From the IMG/VR virus record IMGVR_UViG_3300028888_000123: a stretch of 64,000 bases of DNA; one strand, 5' to 3'. Below the pieces are notes generated by a model. The model made no database searches, was not told the DNA's origin, and saw only the letters and a program-made list of their open reading frames with translations. Source of the stretch: a virus. The position numbers were made by a program, and so were the translations under genes. This document shows, in pieces, positions 30,475 through 44,089 of this stretch; position 1 is the stretch's first letter; every line of letters starts with the position of its first letter.

Positions 30475-31226
30475 TTTAATTTTGTCCATCACTCTCGTGG
30501 TTGTACGGATTCGTTCTTGAATGGTCTTAGAGAACATCAATGTCATCTATCCATATAACTTCATGGAATTATAGAAGTATCAAATGCTAATGCACGACTC
30601 TGTGTAGAATTATATGGAACAGATGTAAAATAATATCATGCCACTCAAGAATTGTATGCCGTAGCATTTGATATATCACGGTATCAAGCCAATGGAATTT
30701 TTATACACTTTATAAAGTTTGTAACTCAACTTAATCACAGTGCTGTATAAGTGTTATATAATGTATTATATTCTGTGTATGTAGGCACATGGAATCATGA
30801 TTCACAAGGTCATTGTCTAGCAGCTAATGTATCAGTAGTATTTCATCGGAGATTGTCATTCTGGCTTGTAGACCAGTCTCATCAATAACTTACCTTAATA
30901 AAAGAACTTCAAGAGTAATAGTTTCAAGGTCAGTAATTGGAAGCATTTACTTTTGTAGTAGTTGATGATATAGTTCAACTCCAAGAAAATCAGTAGTTAT
31001 TTCATCGCTGATAGAATTTACCACAATTAGACTCACTTAATGTATCCCCACTATTATACACAGTAGTGGCTCATAAGTTCTTATCAGCAATAGTTATCCA
31101 ATTAATACCATCAGATGATAAAGAAATAAGTCATAAGTCTGAATTATGATATATTCAAGCAACAGTAATAGGTTGCACTTCTACCCACATATATATTTTC
31201 TTAGGCTCTGTTTGTACTAAGGTCAT
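30475..31226 (-). CDS. FISUMP-like (Fibrobacter succinogenes major paralogous domain) stand-alone protein (about 250 aa).
   Basis: NCGKFYQRGNNYGFSW ... AGYRDISNATAYNSGVAGYYFTSVPYNS...GHGCSLRPFKNE parallels the domain signature (CxxxYQWGN...GyR...G..gYYWSS...gfSVRCv.D). Confidence 0.45.
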
Positions 31227-31256
31227 AATTGTTAAAAGAAAAAATAAATCAGAATT

Positions 31257-31968
31257 AAACTACTGTATTACTTGTGTAGTAGGTTGTGTTTATTGCTACT
31301 CAAGTAACTGTTCCCCCTGTTGATATAAACATAGATTTAACACTCTGTGTACCCTCTGTACCAGTTCATTCAGTTGGTATCCTATATGGAGTTTGATAAT
31401 CTCACGTTTGTGTTGATGATAGTTTTATATTAGAACATCATTGAAACATTCACTGATAACAACTATTTGGGAGTGTAGCCGCTGGAAGCTCAGGCAATGT
31501 ACTAAGTTGAGTACATAATCTAAACATATCCAGATAACATGAAACTGAAAGTGTAGTGGCAGGCAACTTAGGACTGCTTGTTAAATAAGCATTACCATAA
31601 AACAAGCGATAGAAACATCGAGTGGATGGTGTCTCTAATGATAGAGTGCTATTCTTACATAATAAGTAGTTTACATCTCCACTAGCACCTACCAGTCCAG
31701 TAATTACAAATCTATAAAAAGCACTACTACTTGTGCTAAATCTAGTAACAGTTTCAGATTTATTCCTCCAATATACTTTATCTCCTATGTTAGTAAGAGT
31801 TATAAGTGTACCAAAAGTATAATCAGACCAAGTTTGTCAATCTGTGCTTGTTTCTAGGCTTACTAATGCTGGACTTCAGCTTTTATTTAATGTTATAGTA
31901 GAATTAGTTTGTTCTGCTGTAAAACATAATTCTGATGGGTTATATTCTCTCATCATATAAATAGCCAT
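31257..31968 (-). CDS. Repeat protein with tandem LP-x-TTL/CY-x-x-MF-x-x-C units (about 237 aa); probably a virion or adhesin-like protein.
   Basis: LPATTLSVSCYLDMFRLCTQLSTLPELPAATLPNSCYQGMFQGCSNI. Confidence 0.35.
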
Positions 31969-31974
31969 CTCTTA

Positions 31975-32394
31975 TTAGAATACGTGATAAATAGTTGTTG
32001 CATCTTTACTAGAAAGAGCATTAAATTCTGCCTCACTTCAAGCCCATATCTTCGTTACTGTACTTGTTGTTCCTGTTGTATCGTTTTCTATTCATCATCA
32101 TCCAAATTTATACTCAGTTCAGTCAAGATAGAAACCTGTGACTGTTTCTGCTTGTGGAGTTACATCATAAAATATCCACTCTCCTCAGACACGAGCTCAA
32201 CTATTAGCGATTATTGTATTATTTGGTAATGGTGTTCATCATATTGATATAGCTAATGCAGTTACTGCTCATCAAGAGTTCCAAGATAATCACAATATAT
32301 CTCATATTGTATTACTTGTGTTAACTCAACTTACATATAAAGTGGTACTATCATTATAGTTACGTATAGTTATAATATCTCAACCTCCTGCCAT
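31975..32394 (-). CDS. Hypothetical Gly-rich protein (about 139 aa).
   Basis: Its start follows the stop of the giant fibre by 2 nt. Confidence 0.35.
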
Positions 32395-32396
32395 TT

Positions 32397-35300
32397 TTAA
32401 CTTTGTTTAATAAAATAAATTTTTCCAGCAACAGGATTACTTACTTGTGAGTATTCCGATGCTGTCATTACCGTAGCAGTAGTCACATCTCCAGTCTGTC
32501 CATTCACACTAAGTACTCCTGTGTTTGTTATTGTATTTCAATCTCATCATATCCAAGTTCATTGAGTTTCTCATCACCGGAGATTATCATTATGAACACT
32601 ACTCCAATCGTATGGGGTACTATTCCCAATTATGAATGTATCGCTTTCATAATATCAATTAGCTGTGTTTGGTCAATAATTTGAAGCATCTACTTGTGTA
32701 CTAGAAGTTGTAATACTTCAAGTCCAAGCGAATCAATAATTATTACCCCATTGATAATATTTACCACAATTAGCTTCGCTTAATGTATCTCAATTATTAT
32801 ATACTGTAGTTGCTCATAAGTTTTTATCCATAATAGTATATCCTGTCGTTCAGTCTGTAATAGAAATTAATCATTCAGTTTGATTCCAGAATATTCAAGC
32901 ACTTCATAATGTTCCATTTATTACAGCCCAAGAAGATGTAGGTAGCTCAAATGAATCCTTGAAACAACGAACGGAGAACCCGAAAACACGGAAGTGGTTA
33001 TTATCCACGAATACGCTGGACGAATCCAGGTAGATGTGACGGGCGTTAATCGTGCTGCCAGACACATAAGGAGAAGACGACCAATAGCGACCGATGGAAC
33101 CCTGGTCGTTGGGGCTAGCAGAGTTGTAACGACGGCCACCAGCGAACGGCATATGCAAATTTATTCTCCAGTCATCTCAAGAAGTAGTTAAACCTAATCA
33201 ATCCATTATAGTTTTAAGTCATTGCCATTCTGTTGTTAAAGGTACGTGAAATCCATCTGGTGCAGGTCACTGCATATCTGAATGTGTAGCTCATATAGTT
33301 ATTCATTCTCAAGCGTTATATTCTTTTCAAGCAACTACTACATCTCCATACTGTCAGTTTACACTTGTGACAGGTATGTTTGCTTCTACTCCATTCTTTA
33401 TGGTTTTAGTAATGTAATTTGTCATTATACTGTTTTGTAAATAATATAAAGGTTTCAATCTGAACTAGCTCACGATATGTTGTTATATTCAGTTTGAGTT
33501 ACTAATTTTCACGTTTCTAAATTCACTGTACTAGCACTACTCTGATTAGCTGTAAATGTTCATTTGCTAGTTCATCATTGATTTATTGTCAGAGTTCAGT
33601 TATTTACTGTTGGAATAGTTAATGTGACAGCTCAAGTCTGCCCATTTACACTACTAACAGGAGCGTGCGTTTTTATTGCTCACTTTAATACTGATGCAGA
33701 TATACTCCTTGCTGATGTAGATGTTCAAGTTGTAGCTTCACTTGCACTCATTGCTGAGTATGTTGTATTACTATCTGTAAATAGATGTAATGCTCATCAG
33801 CTTTCATATTTAGTAGTATATTGGAATTGCCTTGTATTAGCCTTAGTAAAATATGAGTGTCCTGCTAATGCAGTGGTAGTTCACATTACAGGGATATAAG
33901 CTCAATTTCAGATTTTTACTCTTACATTTCTATTTGCACTTGCCACTACCATTTCTGTATCTACTACAAATGTATAGATAGCTCATTCTCTCCATTCTAT
34001 TCCTGCGCTAGCACTAATGTCTATGTTAGTATATCCATAAGAAGTATTATAAGGTGCTACTCATTTAGTATCATCTGTACTTACTGTTACATCTGCCTCA
34101 GTAATGATAAATACATTATTAGCACTTATTACATTACTAGAGATTTTGATATTTTCTCCAGCTATTAGAGTATCTTGTTTAGTACTATCGTGATAAGCAT
34201 TTGTAATATATCAAGCATCATTATTTAAAGTAGAAACATTATCTCAAGGTTGTACTGCTGTAGCACCTGCACTTGCTCCACTTCTTATCGTAGCTAAGTC
34301 TGATATAGTATCCTGCTTTCAAGCTATAGTCGTATCCATAGCAGCAATTTTATCATAGACTGCATTTTTGGAAGGGGCTATTGTTGTTACTCAGTTCCAA
34401 GAAGAAGCATATGCTATATCTGAGATTTGACTTGGATAAGTAACATCTACCTCTGTAATTCAAGTTACCTGTCATAATGAGTTCGTTGTTATCTGTGGAA
34501 CCTTTGTTGCACTTCACTTACTTGTATAAGCTGTTTGTGTTGCTAAGGCATTTTGTTTTCAATTCCAAGTAGATTTCTCAGAAGAGGTTACAAATAAGTT
34601 TGTACTTCATTGAGTAATATTATCTGAAGTATTTGTTGTTTTATTAAAGTAATTTGTTAAGTCTACTGAAGTGTCTCATATTTTTACCCAAGTCGAATTA
34701 GCGTAAACATATTCTTCATATTTATCTGCCCCGCTTCAAGTAGGTCAAAGCAAATAAATTACATTTGTTTTTATATCAGTTGTAGGTAATGTTGCTACAA
34801 TTTCAAATCATTGAAAATTTTGTACTAAAGCATTTACTTCTGCTTGTGTATATGTCTCAGTCTTTTTATAGTAATTAGTTAGATTATTTACTGCGTTCGT
34901 GATAAATCAGCTATCATTCGTTAAGTCTGAAACCTTTGTAGGAATTGCTGAACTATCAGCTTTGCTTGCTATAGTTGTATCCATAGCAGATATCTTATCA
35001 TACATAGCATTCTTTGAAGGAGCAATACCTGTCACACCATTCCAACTTGCAGCATAAGCTTCATCACTTACAGCTCAACTTGTAGCAGCAGAGATATTAT
35101 CATCTACATATTTCTTTGTAGCAGGATGATAACTTCAAGTAGGAGTAAACTCTATTGTATTTGTTTTAGTTAATACTTCTGTTTTATCAGCTTTTCAACT
35201 TATATCTGGCTGTTGAATAGTTACCTCTGTAATTCAAGTTACCTGTCATAAACTGTTAGTTGTAATTTGTGGGACTTTAGTTGCACTTCATTTAGATGTA

Positions 35301-38300
35301 TAAGCTGTTTGTGTAGCTAAAGTATCTTGTTTTGTGCTATCGTGATATGAACTTGTAACGTATCCACTATCATTTGTTAATTCTGAAATCTTTGTAGGTA
35401 TCGCTGAGCTATCTGCTTTACCTGCAATAGTTGTATCCATAGCAGATATTTTATCATATACCGCATTCTTAGAAGGAGCATTATCTGTAACTCAGTTCCA
35501 ACTACTACCATATGCACTATCTGAAACTTGATTAGTATCTATATTTCAGCTTCAAAGTATTGAAGTAGAATTAATTGTTTTAATAGTTGTACCACTTACT
35601 AAAGCATCCTGTTTTCAGCTCCAAGTATTACGTAAACTTGTGCTATCAGACAAATCTTTAATATCAAAGTCACTTGCTACATAAGTTGTATCTGTTGCAC
35701 TAATAGTTCAATCGTTAGCTATTTGGATATTACTTCAAGCAGTTAATGCTTTTTGTTTATTATTAAATGTATTCCAATCTGTTGAAGTAAGATATCCACT
35801 AGCAGAAGATGATGCAGCTCAAAGCTTGCTCTGGATTGTAGCTTTAGTTTCATCCCCAGAGTTAGTTCCACTTGTATTACTTAACTTAGTACGTTCTGCA
35901 CTTGTTAAGAATAAATGTGTACTTCACTCCGTGATAACATCACTTGTGTCGGAGTTCTTATTAAAGTAAGGAGACAAATCTATAGATGTATCTCATATCT
36001 TAATCCAAGTATTATTTGAATAGATATATTCTTCATATTTATCTGCTCAAGTTCCAACAGGTCAAAGCAAGTAGATTACAGTAGTCTTAATATCTGTAGT
36101 AGGCAACGTAGCTACAACATCAAATCAAGAGAAATTAGCAACATAATCAGCTACTTCAGCTTTTGTATAAACTTCACTCTTAGTATAGTAATTTGTTAAA
36201 TCACTTACTGCTTTAGTAATGAAGCCAGCATCATTTGTAAGAGTTGATACATTATCTCAAGGCTGAACGGCTGTTGCTCATTTACTAGCTCAACTACGTA
36301 TAGTGGACAAGTCACTAATCGTGGCTTGTTTACCAGCTATAGTTGTATCCATAGCATTAAGCTTATCATACACAGCATTCTTTGAAGGAGCTATTCCTGT
36401 AACTCAATCCCAAGAGCTTCAATATGCAGTATCACTTACAGCTCAAGCTGTCGCCTCTTGTACTTGTGTATCTACATAGGATTTAATTACTTTATTCTGT
36501 ACCCCTTTAGTAGATGTGCTAGACATAGCTGTATCTAATGTAGGAATATCTGCACTTGTGATATAACCAGCATCATTTGTTAATTCACTAACATTATCAT
36601 TAGGTTGAATAGCTGTAGAGGCGTTACTTCTAATTGTAGCTAAATCTGAAATAGCATTCTGTTTAGCATCCCAAGAAGCTCTCTTTCCTGTAGAGTCTGC
36701 TAAGTCTTTAATATCAAAGTCTGAAGCTGTATATTTAGTATCTGTTGCACTAATCGTGTCACCTGATATTTGGATATTAGCCCCAGCTGTAAGAGTATTT
36801 TGTTTATCACCTAAAGCTGACTGTAAGTCTGTTTGGTCTGTAATATCTCATTGGATATTTCACCATTCAGCTGATGTCTGTGTATTACTTATAACTCAGT
36901 TAGTAATATCTATTCAAGTACCTGCTGTATAAGTTGTATCTGTAGCAGAGATTGTTCCATCTTGAGCAATCTGTATATTTGCTCAAGCCGTGAGAGCGTC
37001 TTGTTTATTATCTAAAGCCGACTGTAAATCTGTTTGATTACTTAAAGTTCATTCAATACTTCACCAAGTTGCTTTATTATCGTTAGCAGAGATAACATTA
37101 TTAGCAGATATACTAATACCAGGTCAAGCAGAATAGGTTGTGTCTGTTGCAGAGATAGTCTTTCAATCTGCAGCGATTTGGATATTATTTCAAGCAATTA
37201 ATTTCTCTTGCTTGTCATCACCTATATCAGATATCTCTCATTGGATAGTTGATATGTCTCATTGGATAGATGTCACATCTCATTGGAGATTCGTTATATT
37301 AGTTTCTGCTGTAGAGACACGTGTACCTAGAGAAGATATATTACCTGCATTAGTAGAAATGTCTGTTTGAGCCTGAGCTACATCTCCTTGTAAAGATGTA
37401 ATATCTGCTTTAGCTGTAGCCATATCAGACTGTAAATCTGTTACATCTTCTACTACAGAAGCAGGAGCATATTCACTTGCATTATGTGTAACTATGTCTC
37501 CATAGGTAGCAATCTCATCAGAAGCATCCTTTCAAGCTTGAGCATTACTTCTAATTGTTTCCAAATCAGAAATAGCTGGTTGCTTATCATTAAACTTATT
37601 CCAATCACTAGCTGTGAGATACCCATTCGTAGTTGAAGAAGCTGCTCAGAGTTTAGACATAATAGAAGCATTTGTCTCATCTCAAGTATTCGTTCACGAA
37701 GTCATAGATAACTTCGTTCTCTCACTCGCATTTAAAAATAAATGCGATTCTCATTCGGTAATATCATCGCTCGTTCCAGTTAGGTCATCTAAACTATCTG
37801 GGATATCTGGAATGTTGTCTAAGTCATTAAAGTCATTTGTTTTACCAACAACGGATATATCTGCATCGTTAGCTTTTAGATTTAATGCTGCTGTAACAAC
37901 TCTATTCTCTACTGGATTTGTGCTAGTAGTAGATAAACTTTCATCAATAGGAATTTGTCTATCTGTATTGAGTAACAATTCCCAAGTGGCTCAGTTGAAG
38001 AAATAGAAATCTCATACCTTTACTTCCTCAGTCTCTAAATCTGTAGAAGGAATTCATCTATATGAAGCTCATTCTGGACGATAATTTGTAGCTCATACTT
38101 TACCTACAATATAATAATCTCAGCTATGATACTCATAAGGAAGAGTTGTAGGATTGGATGTAGGCATTCAAGTAGTGGAGTCCCAATTAGAAAGGAACTT
38201 ACCTAATCCCTCAAGGTTCTTAATTCTATTATAAAGTACCCTACCTTGCTTAGCAGATAGAGCATTAGTGGATGAAATACTATCGAGATTATCTTCCACC

Positions 38301-38506
38301 TCAGGGATAGCTAGACTAACAACTCTATATTGGTCAGGCTCAACCACTTGTCAGTTTACTTTAATTCCCTGAATGGCATTTTTCTCAGCACTTGGTTCTA
38401 TGCTATCAAGCTTTTCTATCACTTCTTGTGTAAGAGAAAACTCAGTAGCCTTCTTGTCTACATAATCTCAATCAGCTAGGTATCTTATACGTGCTGCTTT
38501 TGACAT
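32397..38506 (-). CDS. Giant tail fibre (about 2035 aa) with an N-terminal anchor domain, at least five internal repeats of about 150 aa, and a C-terminal FISUMP-like domain followed by a second partial copy.
   Basis: ATG (CAT) at 38504-38506. Repeat core APSKNAVYDKISAMDTTIAGKADS recurs at about 34300, 34990, 35440 and 36350 on the + strand. GGRRYNSASPNDQGSIGRYWSSSPYVSGST...FGFSVRCFKDS (ORF track 32904..33158) sits in a GC-rich island. Stop TAA 32397-32399. Confidence 0.5.
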
Positions 38507-38550
38507 AATTATATTGTTTTTAAATTAAAAGTTTAAATGACAAAATAAAC

Positions 38551-38583
38551 CCCTAGATATATTTTTAAGAAATACATCTAGGG
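38551..38583. terminator. Hairpin CCCTAGAT-(17 nt)-ATCTAGGG.
   Basis: 8-bp stem read directly; lies between two fibre genes. Confidence 0.45.
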
Positions 38584-39752
38584 ATACTATATCATTACTA
38601 AACTACTTCCTTAGTAATTACATATGTAGTATTAGGGTCTTTAGTTTGTAGTTGATTATATGCTGTTTCAGATATTACAGTTGTAGCTTCTAACTCTACA
38701 GTAGTAGCTCAACTTTGATTTAATGTGAAGGCTCACTTATTAAATCATCATTGCTTAATTGCTACCTGTCAATCTCAAATTGCAGCGCTTGTAATAAAAC
38801 CTGCATCATTATTTAAGTCAGAAGCATTTCAGCTTGTAGCTACTGTGCTTAAACTTGAAGCATCAACCTTTCAAGCAAGAGCTGTATTTATATCAGTGAT
38901 GTCATCTTTTATATCGGCAACATCATCTTTTAAGTCAGCTACATCTTGAGAAGTGCTTCACCCACTTTGCTGTAAATCAGCTATGGCTTGTCACTGTGTA
39001 GCAACTGTACCTTCTACGGTAGTAACACGTCCAGCTAATGTATTTAAGTCAGATGTATTAGCCTTTCAAGCAATAGCACTAGCCACATCTCAAGCTGTTT
39101 GAAACCCTATATTATTAGTAAGTTCACTAATATTATCTCAAGGTTGAATAGCTGTAGCTCAAGCAGCAGCACCAGCTCTAATTGTAGCTAAATCACTTAT
39201 TGTATTTTGTTTTGTATTTAATGCTGTAGTAACTACTCTATTCTCTACTGCATTAGTAGAAGTTGTAGAGAGTTCACTATCAATAACTACAGTAACCTGA
39301 CTTTGGCTTTGTAATATCCAATGAGTTCCATCGTAAAGATACCAATCATTTATCTTTACAGTTTCTGTTTCAACAGCTGTTGAAGCCTGTCAATGGATAT
39401 ATGTAGCTCACATAGGCCTATAGTTTGTACCTTGCGATACAGCACTAACAATATAATAATCCCCAATTCTATAATCATATGGGTTGTCTAATGGGTCTGT
39501 AGTTGGAAGTCCATTTACACAGTCCCAAGTAGAAAGAAACCTTCACATACTCTTTAACTCATTTATTTGGTCTTGTAATACCTTACCCATTCTAGCAGAT
39601 AAAGCATCTGTAGAAGAAATGGATGTGGCATCATCAACCACTCCAGGGATATTATCTATTTTGACTTCTACCTCTGGAGTAAGTTTATGAATACGTTTCT
39701 GTTTCTCTGTATAGACATTATCCCCATCAAATATTAATCTTCCTTTTGGCAT
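38570..39752 (-). CDS. Tail-fibre paralog (about 394 aa) sharing the N-terminal anchor domain with the giant fibre.
   Basis: ORF track 39543..39752 gives the N-terminus. Shared motifs ISSTDALSARMGKVL, FLSTWD, GDYYIV, NYRP.G, ETE.VK with the 32397..38506 product. Confidence 0.5.
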
Positions 39753-39811
39753 TAATTAAATTTGGTTAAGGGATAAAAATTAACTTAATGGGTTAATAAC
39801 TATATATTTAT

Positions 39812-41399
39812 AACTTCAAGTTTCTTGCTGATTACTTACTACTGTAAGCTGTCATACATTAATTACTTCATTCAAGTCACCAATTATATCTTGATAGTTT
39901 GTAATAAGTACAGCACTCTCGCTAGTAATATCAGCATCAACTACAACTGAAGTATCTGAATTATTAAATACTCCATTACCTACTTTCACTACAGCAGTCG
40001 TGAAAACTTGAGGTAAATATGAGCTGTCAATCTGTCATTGTGCATTTAAAGTAGGAATTCCATTAGGTTGGTTCTTCTCAGATTGAAGAACAAATTGATT
40101 AGCCTGTGCATCAGGTCCTAATACTAAGTTACCATTAACTGTAGCATTCTCTGCAACAATACTTCCTGTAACCATTGTATCACTCTCAACTTGTCCTGTA
40201 ACATCAATTCCATTTCAAGCAGTAATGGCACCATCAACTCTAAGAGTTCACCCTATAGTAGAACTTCCTGTAGTCTCCAAGTTTTTCAAACTTGTCGACC
40301 CATTTACATTAAGGTCATCTGTAATAGTTGCATCACCACTTACATTTAGATTTCTTCCAACTGTAACATCGTTAGAGAAGATTCCATCTCAAGTAACTGT
40401 AGAGTTTCAAGTAACTGTTTCATTTCAAGCTACACTTAAGTTTCAAGCTACTGAAGTGTTTCATCCTAATGTAGAAGCTCCTGCAACTGTTAAGCTAGAA
40501 TTTAATGTAGTAGCTCAGTTTGTTGTAAGAGTTCCAGTGATAGTTTCATTACCTGCAACATTTAAGTTATTCAATGAAGCATCTCCTGAAGCAACTATAT
40601 CTCCTGCAGAGAGTTGCCCTGTAAGAGTAGTTGAACCTGTAACAGATAAGTTTCAAGAAGCATTTACATCTGTTGCACTTACTTCACTAAGTGTACTTGC
40701 ACCTACTACTGAAAGAGTTCCATTAGAAGCTATTCTTGTCTCAGCTGTTATTGTATCAGCTGTTATATCTGTTGAAGTTAAGTTAGTTATGTTTCAGTTT
40801 GTAGCTGTTATTGAAGCTGTTGTAGTTGCTCAAGTAACAGATAAATCTGAACCTGCAGTCACGTTTCAAGCTACAGATAACGTGCTATCTAGTGTTGTAG
40901 CTCCAACTACTTCTAAGTTTCATCCTACTGTAGCATCTCAAGAAGTTTGTAATGTTACTGTAGTTACAGCATTAGTATCAACTGTAGTAGCTGTTACATC
41001 ACCTGCTGTCAAAGTGGTAATGTTACCAGTAGTAGCATTAACAGTATCAGCAGTAATAGTTTGTCAAGTGAATGTTCCATCTGCGGAAATATTACCTGTA
41101 AAAGTTACATCCCCGTTAATTGTCTCTAATGTTACATTAGATAAATCTAAATTCATTCCTTCTATAACATTCTCTAATGCTGTAGGGTCAAGAGAAATTC
41201 TATAAACATTTTCTCATTCAATAGTTACAACAATAGGAGAAGTTCAAGTGACTTCGAAGTTTCTTACATCACAATCTCTTCTATTTCAAGTAGGAATTCT
41301 ATACACAGCTTGTGTAGTAGTGGAACCAGTGGTTGTATTGGCAACCCTTCAAGTTCCAAGTCTTTGTCCACCATTTTGTGGTTTTCTTTGTCTAGGCAT
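39812..41399 (-). CDS. Tail fibre with Thr/Gly/Asn beta-helix-like repeats and a QIDSSYLP motif (about 529 aa).
   Basis: Repeats of the NLSV(T/A)G type. NAQGQIDSSYLPQVF resembles the conserved tail-fibre DSSGKIP..QLP motif. The + strand ORF 40225..41205 is its antisense artefact. Confidence 0.45.
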
Positions 41400-41734
41400 T
41401 GTTGTCTTGATTTAATAAATTAAATTGTTCTGCCATCCAGATAATTAAGTTAGCAAATTCTTCTTTAGGAAGTCATTGTAACATAGGCTGAATGTCAATT
41501 TTTAGCTCTTCGATATCGTAAGCTGGCATTTCTTGTGGAAGCTCTCCCTCTGTAGGAACTTCTTCTATAGTTTCTTCTATAGCAAGTTCTCATCCTGGAG
41601 CAAACATAGCTTCGTCTTCTGGACTAAGCATAGCTTGTTCATCATACATAGGGGCCTGTGCTTGTGCCTCTGGAGACACATCAATACCTAGAGCGGCCAT
41701 CTGTTGTTGTATGGCGTCTAATTCGTTAGGCATA
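41391..41734 (-). CDS. Small acidic protein (about 113 aa), possible fibre-assembly chaperone.
   Basis: Strongly acidic; overlaps the start of the downstream fibre gene. Confidence 0.3.
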
Positions 41735-41778
41735 TGTTTTTAAACATAGGATAAAATCCAGACGTGGGCCAATAAATA

Positions 41779-42391
41779 TTAATCACAATCTGTATTAGGT
41801 TGTAATTGATATTCTCAGTCTGGTCATTTCATAAATAATGAAGCAATGAATAGTTCTGCTAGCCATCAGCCAAAGCAGATAATATCTCATTGTCATCATA
41901 TTAATTCTATTTTTATTTGTGTTGAATATTGCTGATTTTCTCCAAACTCTGTCGTAAGTGGCATAGTAGGAGCTAATTCATATATCTTGTCATTTATACA
42001 AACTCAATGACTTTCTGTAATTAATTCCTCATAACTATCACACCAAGGTTTTGATTGTCTCATATATTGTCTCAATACTTTACCATCTGGGCAATTAGGT
42101 TGGTATTGTTTTTGGCTATCTTGTAATACAGAAAGCATACATTCTATTTTCTCTTCATCTTCTTCAGATAAATCTTCATTAAGATAATAACTTGTCATAA
42201 GTCATATCCAATCATTTCAGTCTCAACTAATTGGGAATTCGTAAGTGTATCCTATTCATTTAGAATAAGAAGTTATTCTTATCTTACTCGTATCACTATA
42301 TACTCAAGGTCAAAGTGTTGTGATTAATTTATTCAGCTTTACTAACTGAAATAATAATGGATGATTGTCTAGTCAATTATTTTCATTCTCT
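41779..42391 (-). CDS. Hypothetical protein (about 204 aa).
   Basis: ORF track 42004..42198 extended through TGA in both directions. Confidence 0.35.
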
Positions 42392-42399
42392 ATCATAAA

Positions 42400-44085
42400 T
42401 GCATTAATCTTTGTTTCTACAGGTACTCTTCTTCAGGTTGTACTAAATACTGTAGCAGAGACATCTTCATACTCATCATCTCATATATACCATCATCTAC
42501 GATATATTCAGTATTGTCAGAAATATATTCAGAACTTAACGCCTCGTAATAAGAAATGCGGGATATGGTCTTCTGTCCAAACTCTAAATAATGTATCGAA
42601 TTTATATATATGAGTTAATGTATTATTCACATCATTAATTACTACATCGCCTCAAGAAGTTTTATATGGGTTGTTTTTTGTATTTACAAACACTCTTAAA
42701 TCATTTTTATCATTTCAGATATATACTTCGTCTCATTCCACTAATGTAGATAATTTTGAATTAATTCTATCTATTCAAGGCCTATCACTTACAAACTCAA
42801 GTCAATATCTTCAAATTCCAGCTACTTTTAAAGTTAGTAACCTTTTATCATTTGAGACAAAAATTAAATCTCAATCATACTCTGCAAAAGAATATCTACT
42901 CCACAATCATATCGTTGTAGATTGATTATACATTGTCCAAAATCTATTTTGTTCATCTGGAATTCATACAGCGATATGTTTTCTTCAGAAAGCTAATACT
43001 ATATCTTTATATGCCGTCACTGCTATCTTGTCGATTCAGGCGAACATATCATCATTAATAAAGAATTTATTATATCAACCAGTGTCATTATTATAATGAA
43101 TATATCAGTTATCTGTTAATATAAATATCTTATCATTAGCACTTGCTGTTCATATTATATTAGTATTAGTAGAGTATCAATTGTTCTCCCATTCGTATGG
43201 AGTGGTTACTACATCGTTCTCATAATCTGTAATAAGTTGTATTTTTTTACCATCAGTAAATCAAACAACTTCTCACCATTCAGAGAAAAATTTATAACTT
43301 ACATCTCATCATTTTGCAGGGTTATCTTCAGTAGGGACTTTAAATCCTAACCAAGGACTATCTAATTCAATAGTTCTACCGTCGTCAGAAATGGCAGTTA
43401 CCATCCTTACCTGTCAAGCAAATCAACTATTTTCTTTATTTTCTGATTTATAAACTAATAGATATGTTCAAGGTGTGACTTTATTTTTATTCCATACAGC
43501 GTATCAAGCTACTGTATTTTCATCTTGGAACTGTCCTACTGTAGTTCATCAAGTAACTTTATTTATTTGGATTCAAGTTCATCCTCCAGGGATTTCTTCT
43601 TCACTAGTAAATGTTAGTGCATCTTCCATTCAAAAATCTTTACCTCTAACATAATCCGTAACTAAGAATTTCCAATCTCAACATCACGTAACTGTAGTTT
43701 CGAATGAATGATAATTAGGATTGCTAAATTGTCAAACACATCCATCTTCTATAGGAGCTGTAAACAATTTTCTTTTCCATTTTCATCAATCTTGTTTTCT
43801 ACCTAATAAGTAAAGCTTTCAATTTTGCTCCGAACATTTTTCATCCCAAACTATATGTACATCAGTAATATCCCAATCTGTTTTTACTAATCATAACATC
43901 ATAGCTTCCCAATTTTTTTCAGGTTGATACCCTAATCTGGTTTTTAAGAAGAAACTTGAATTTCTATGGGACGTACTATATGGCACACGAGTGACATCTA
44001 CATTTATCAAATCATAGTAAATATTATTTACAGCACCACTGAGCGCCCCATTCCAATACCAATCTGTCTTATCTTGTTGTGCCAT
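42400..44085 (-). CDS. Large hypothetical Trp/Gly-rich structural protein (about 560 aa).
   Basis: ORF track 43891..44085 gives the N-terminus. Reading continues with TGA as Gly; the 3' end was not resolved. Confidence 0.3.
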
Positions 44086-44089
44086 ATTT

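Noticed and set aside
40225-41205. A 326-aa + strand ORF, the longest in the ORF track.
   Set aside because: It is the antisense frame of the repetitive minus-strand fibre gene 39812..41399. The product is low-complexity (VTV/FQ repeats), and the whole region is otherwise transcribed from the minus strand.
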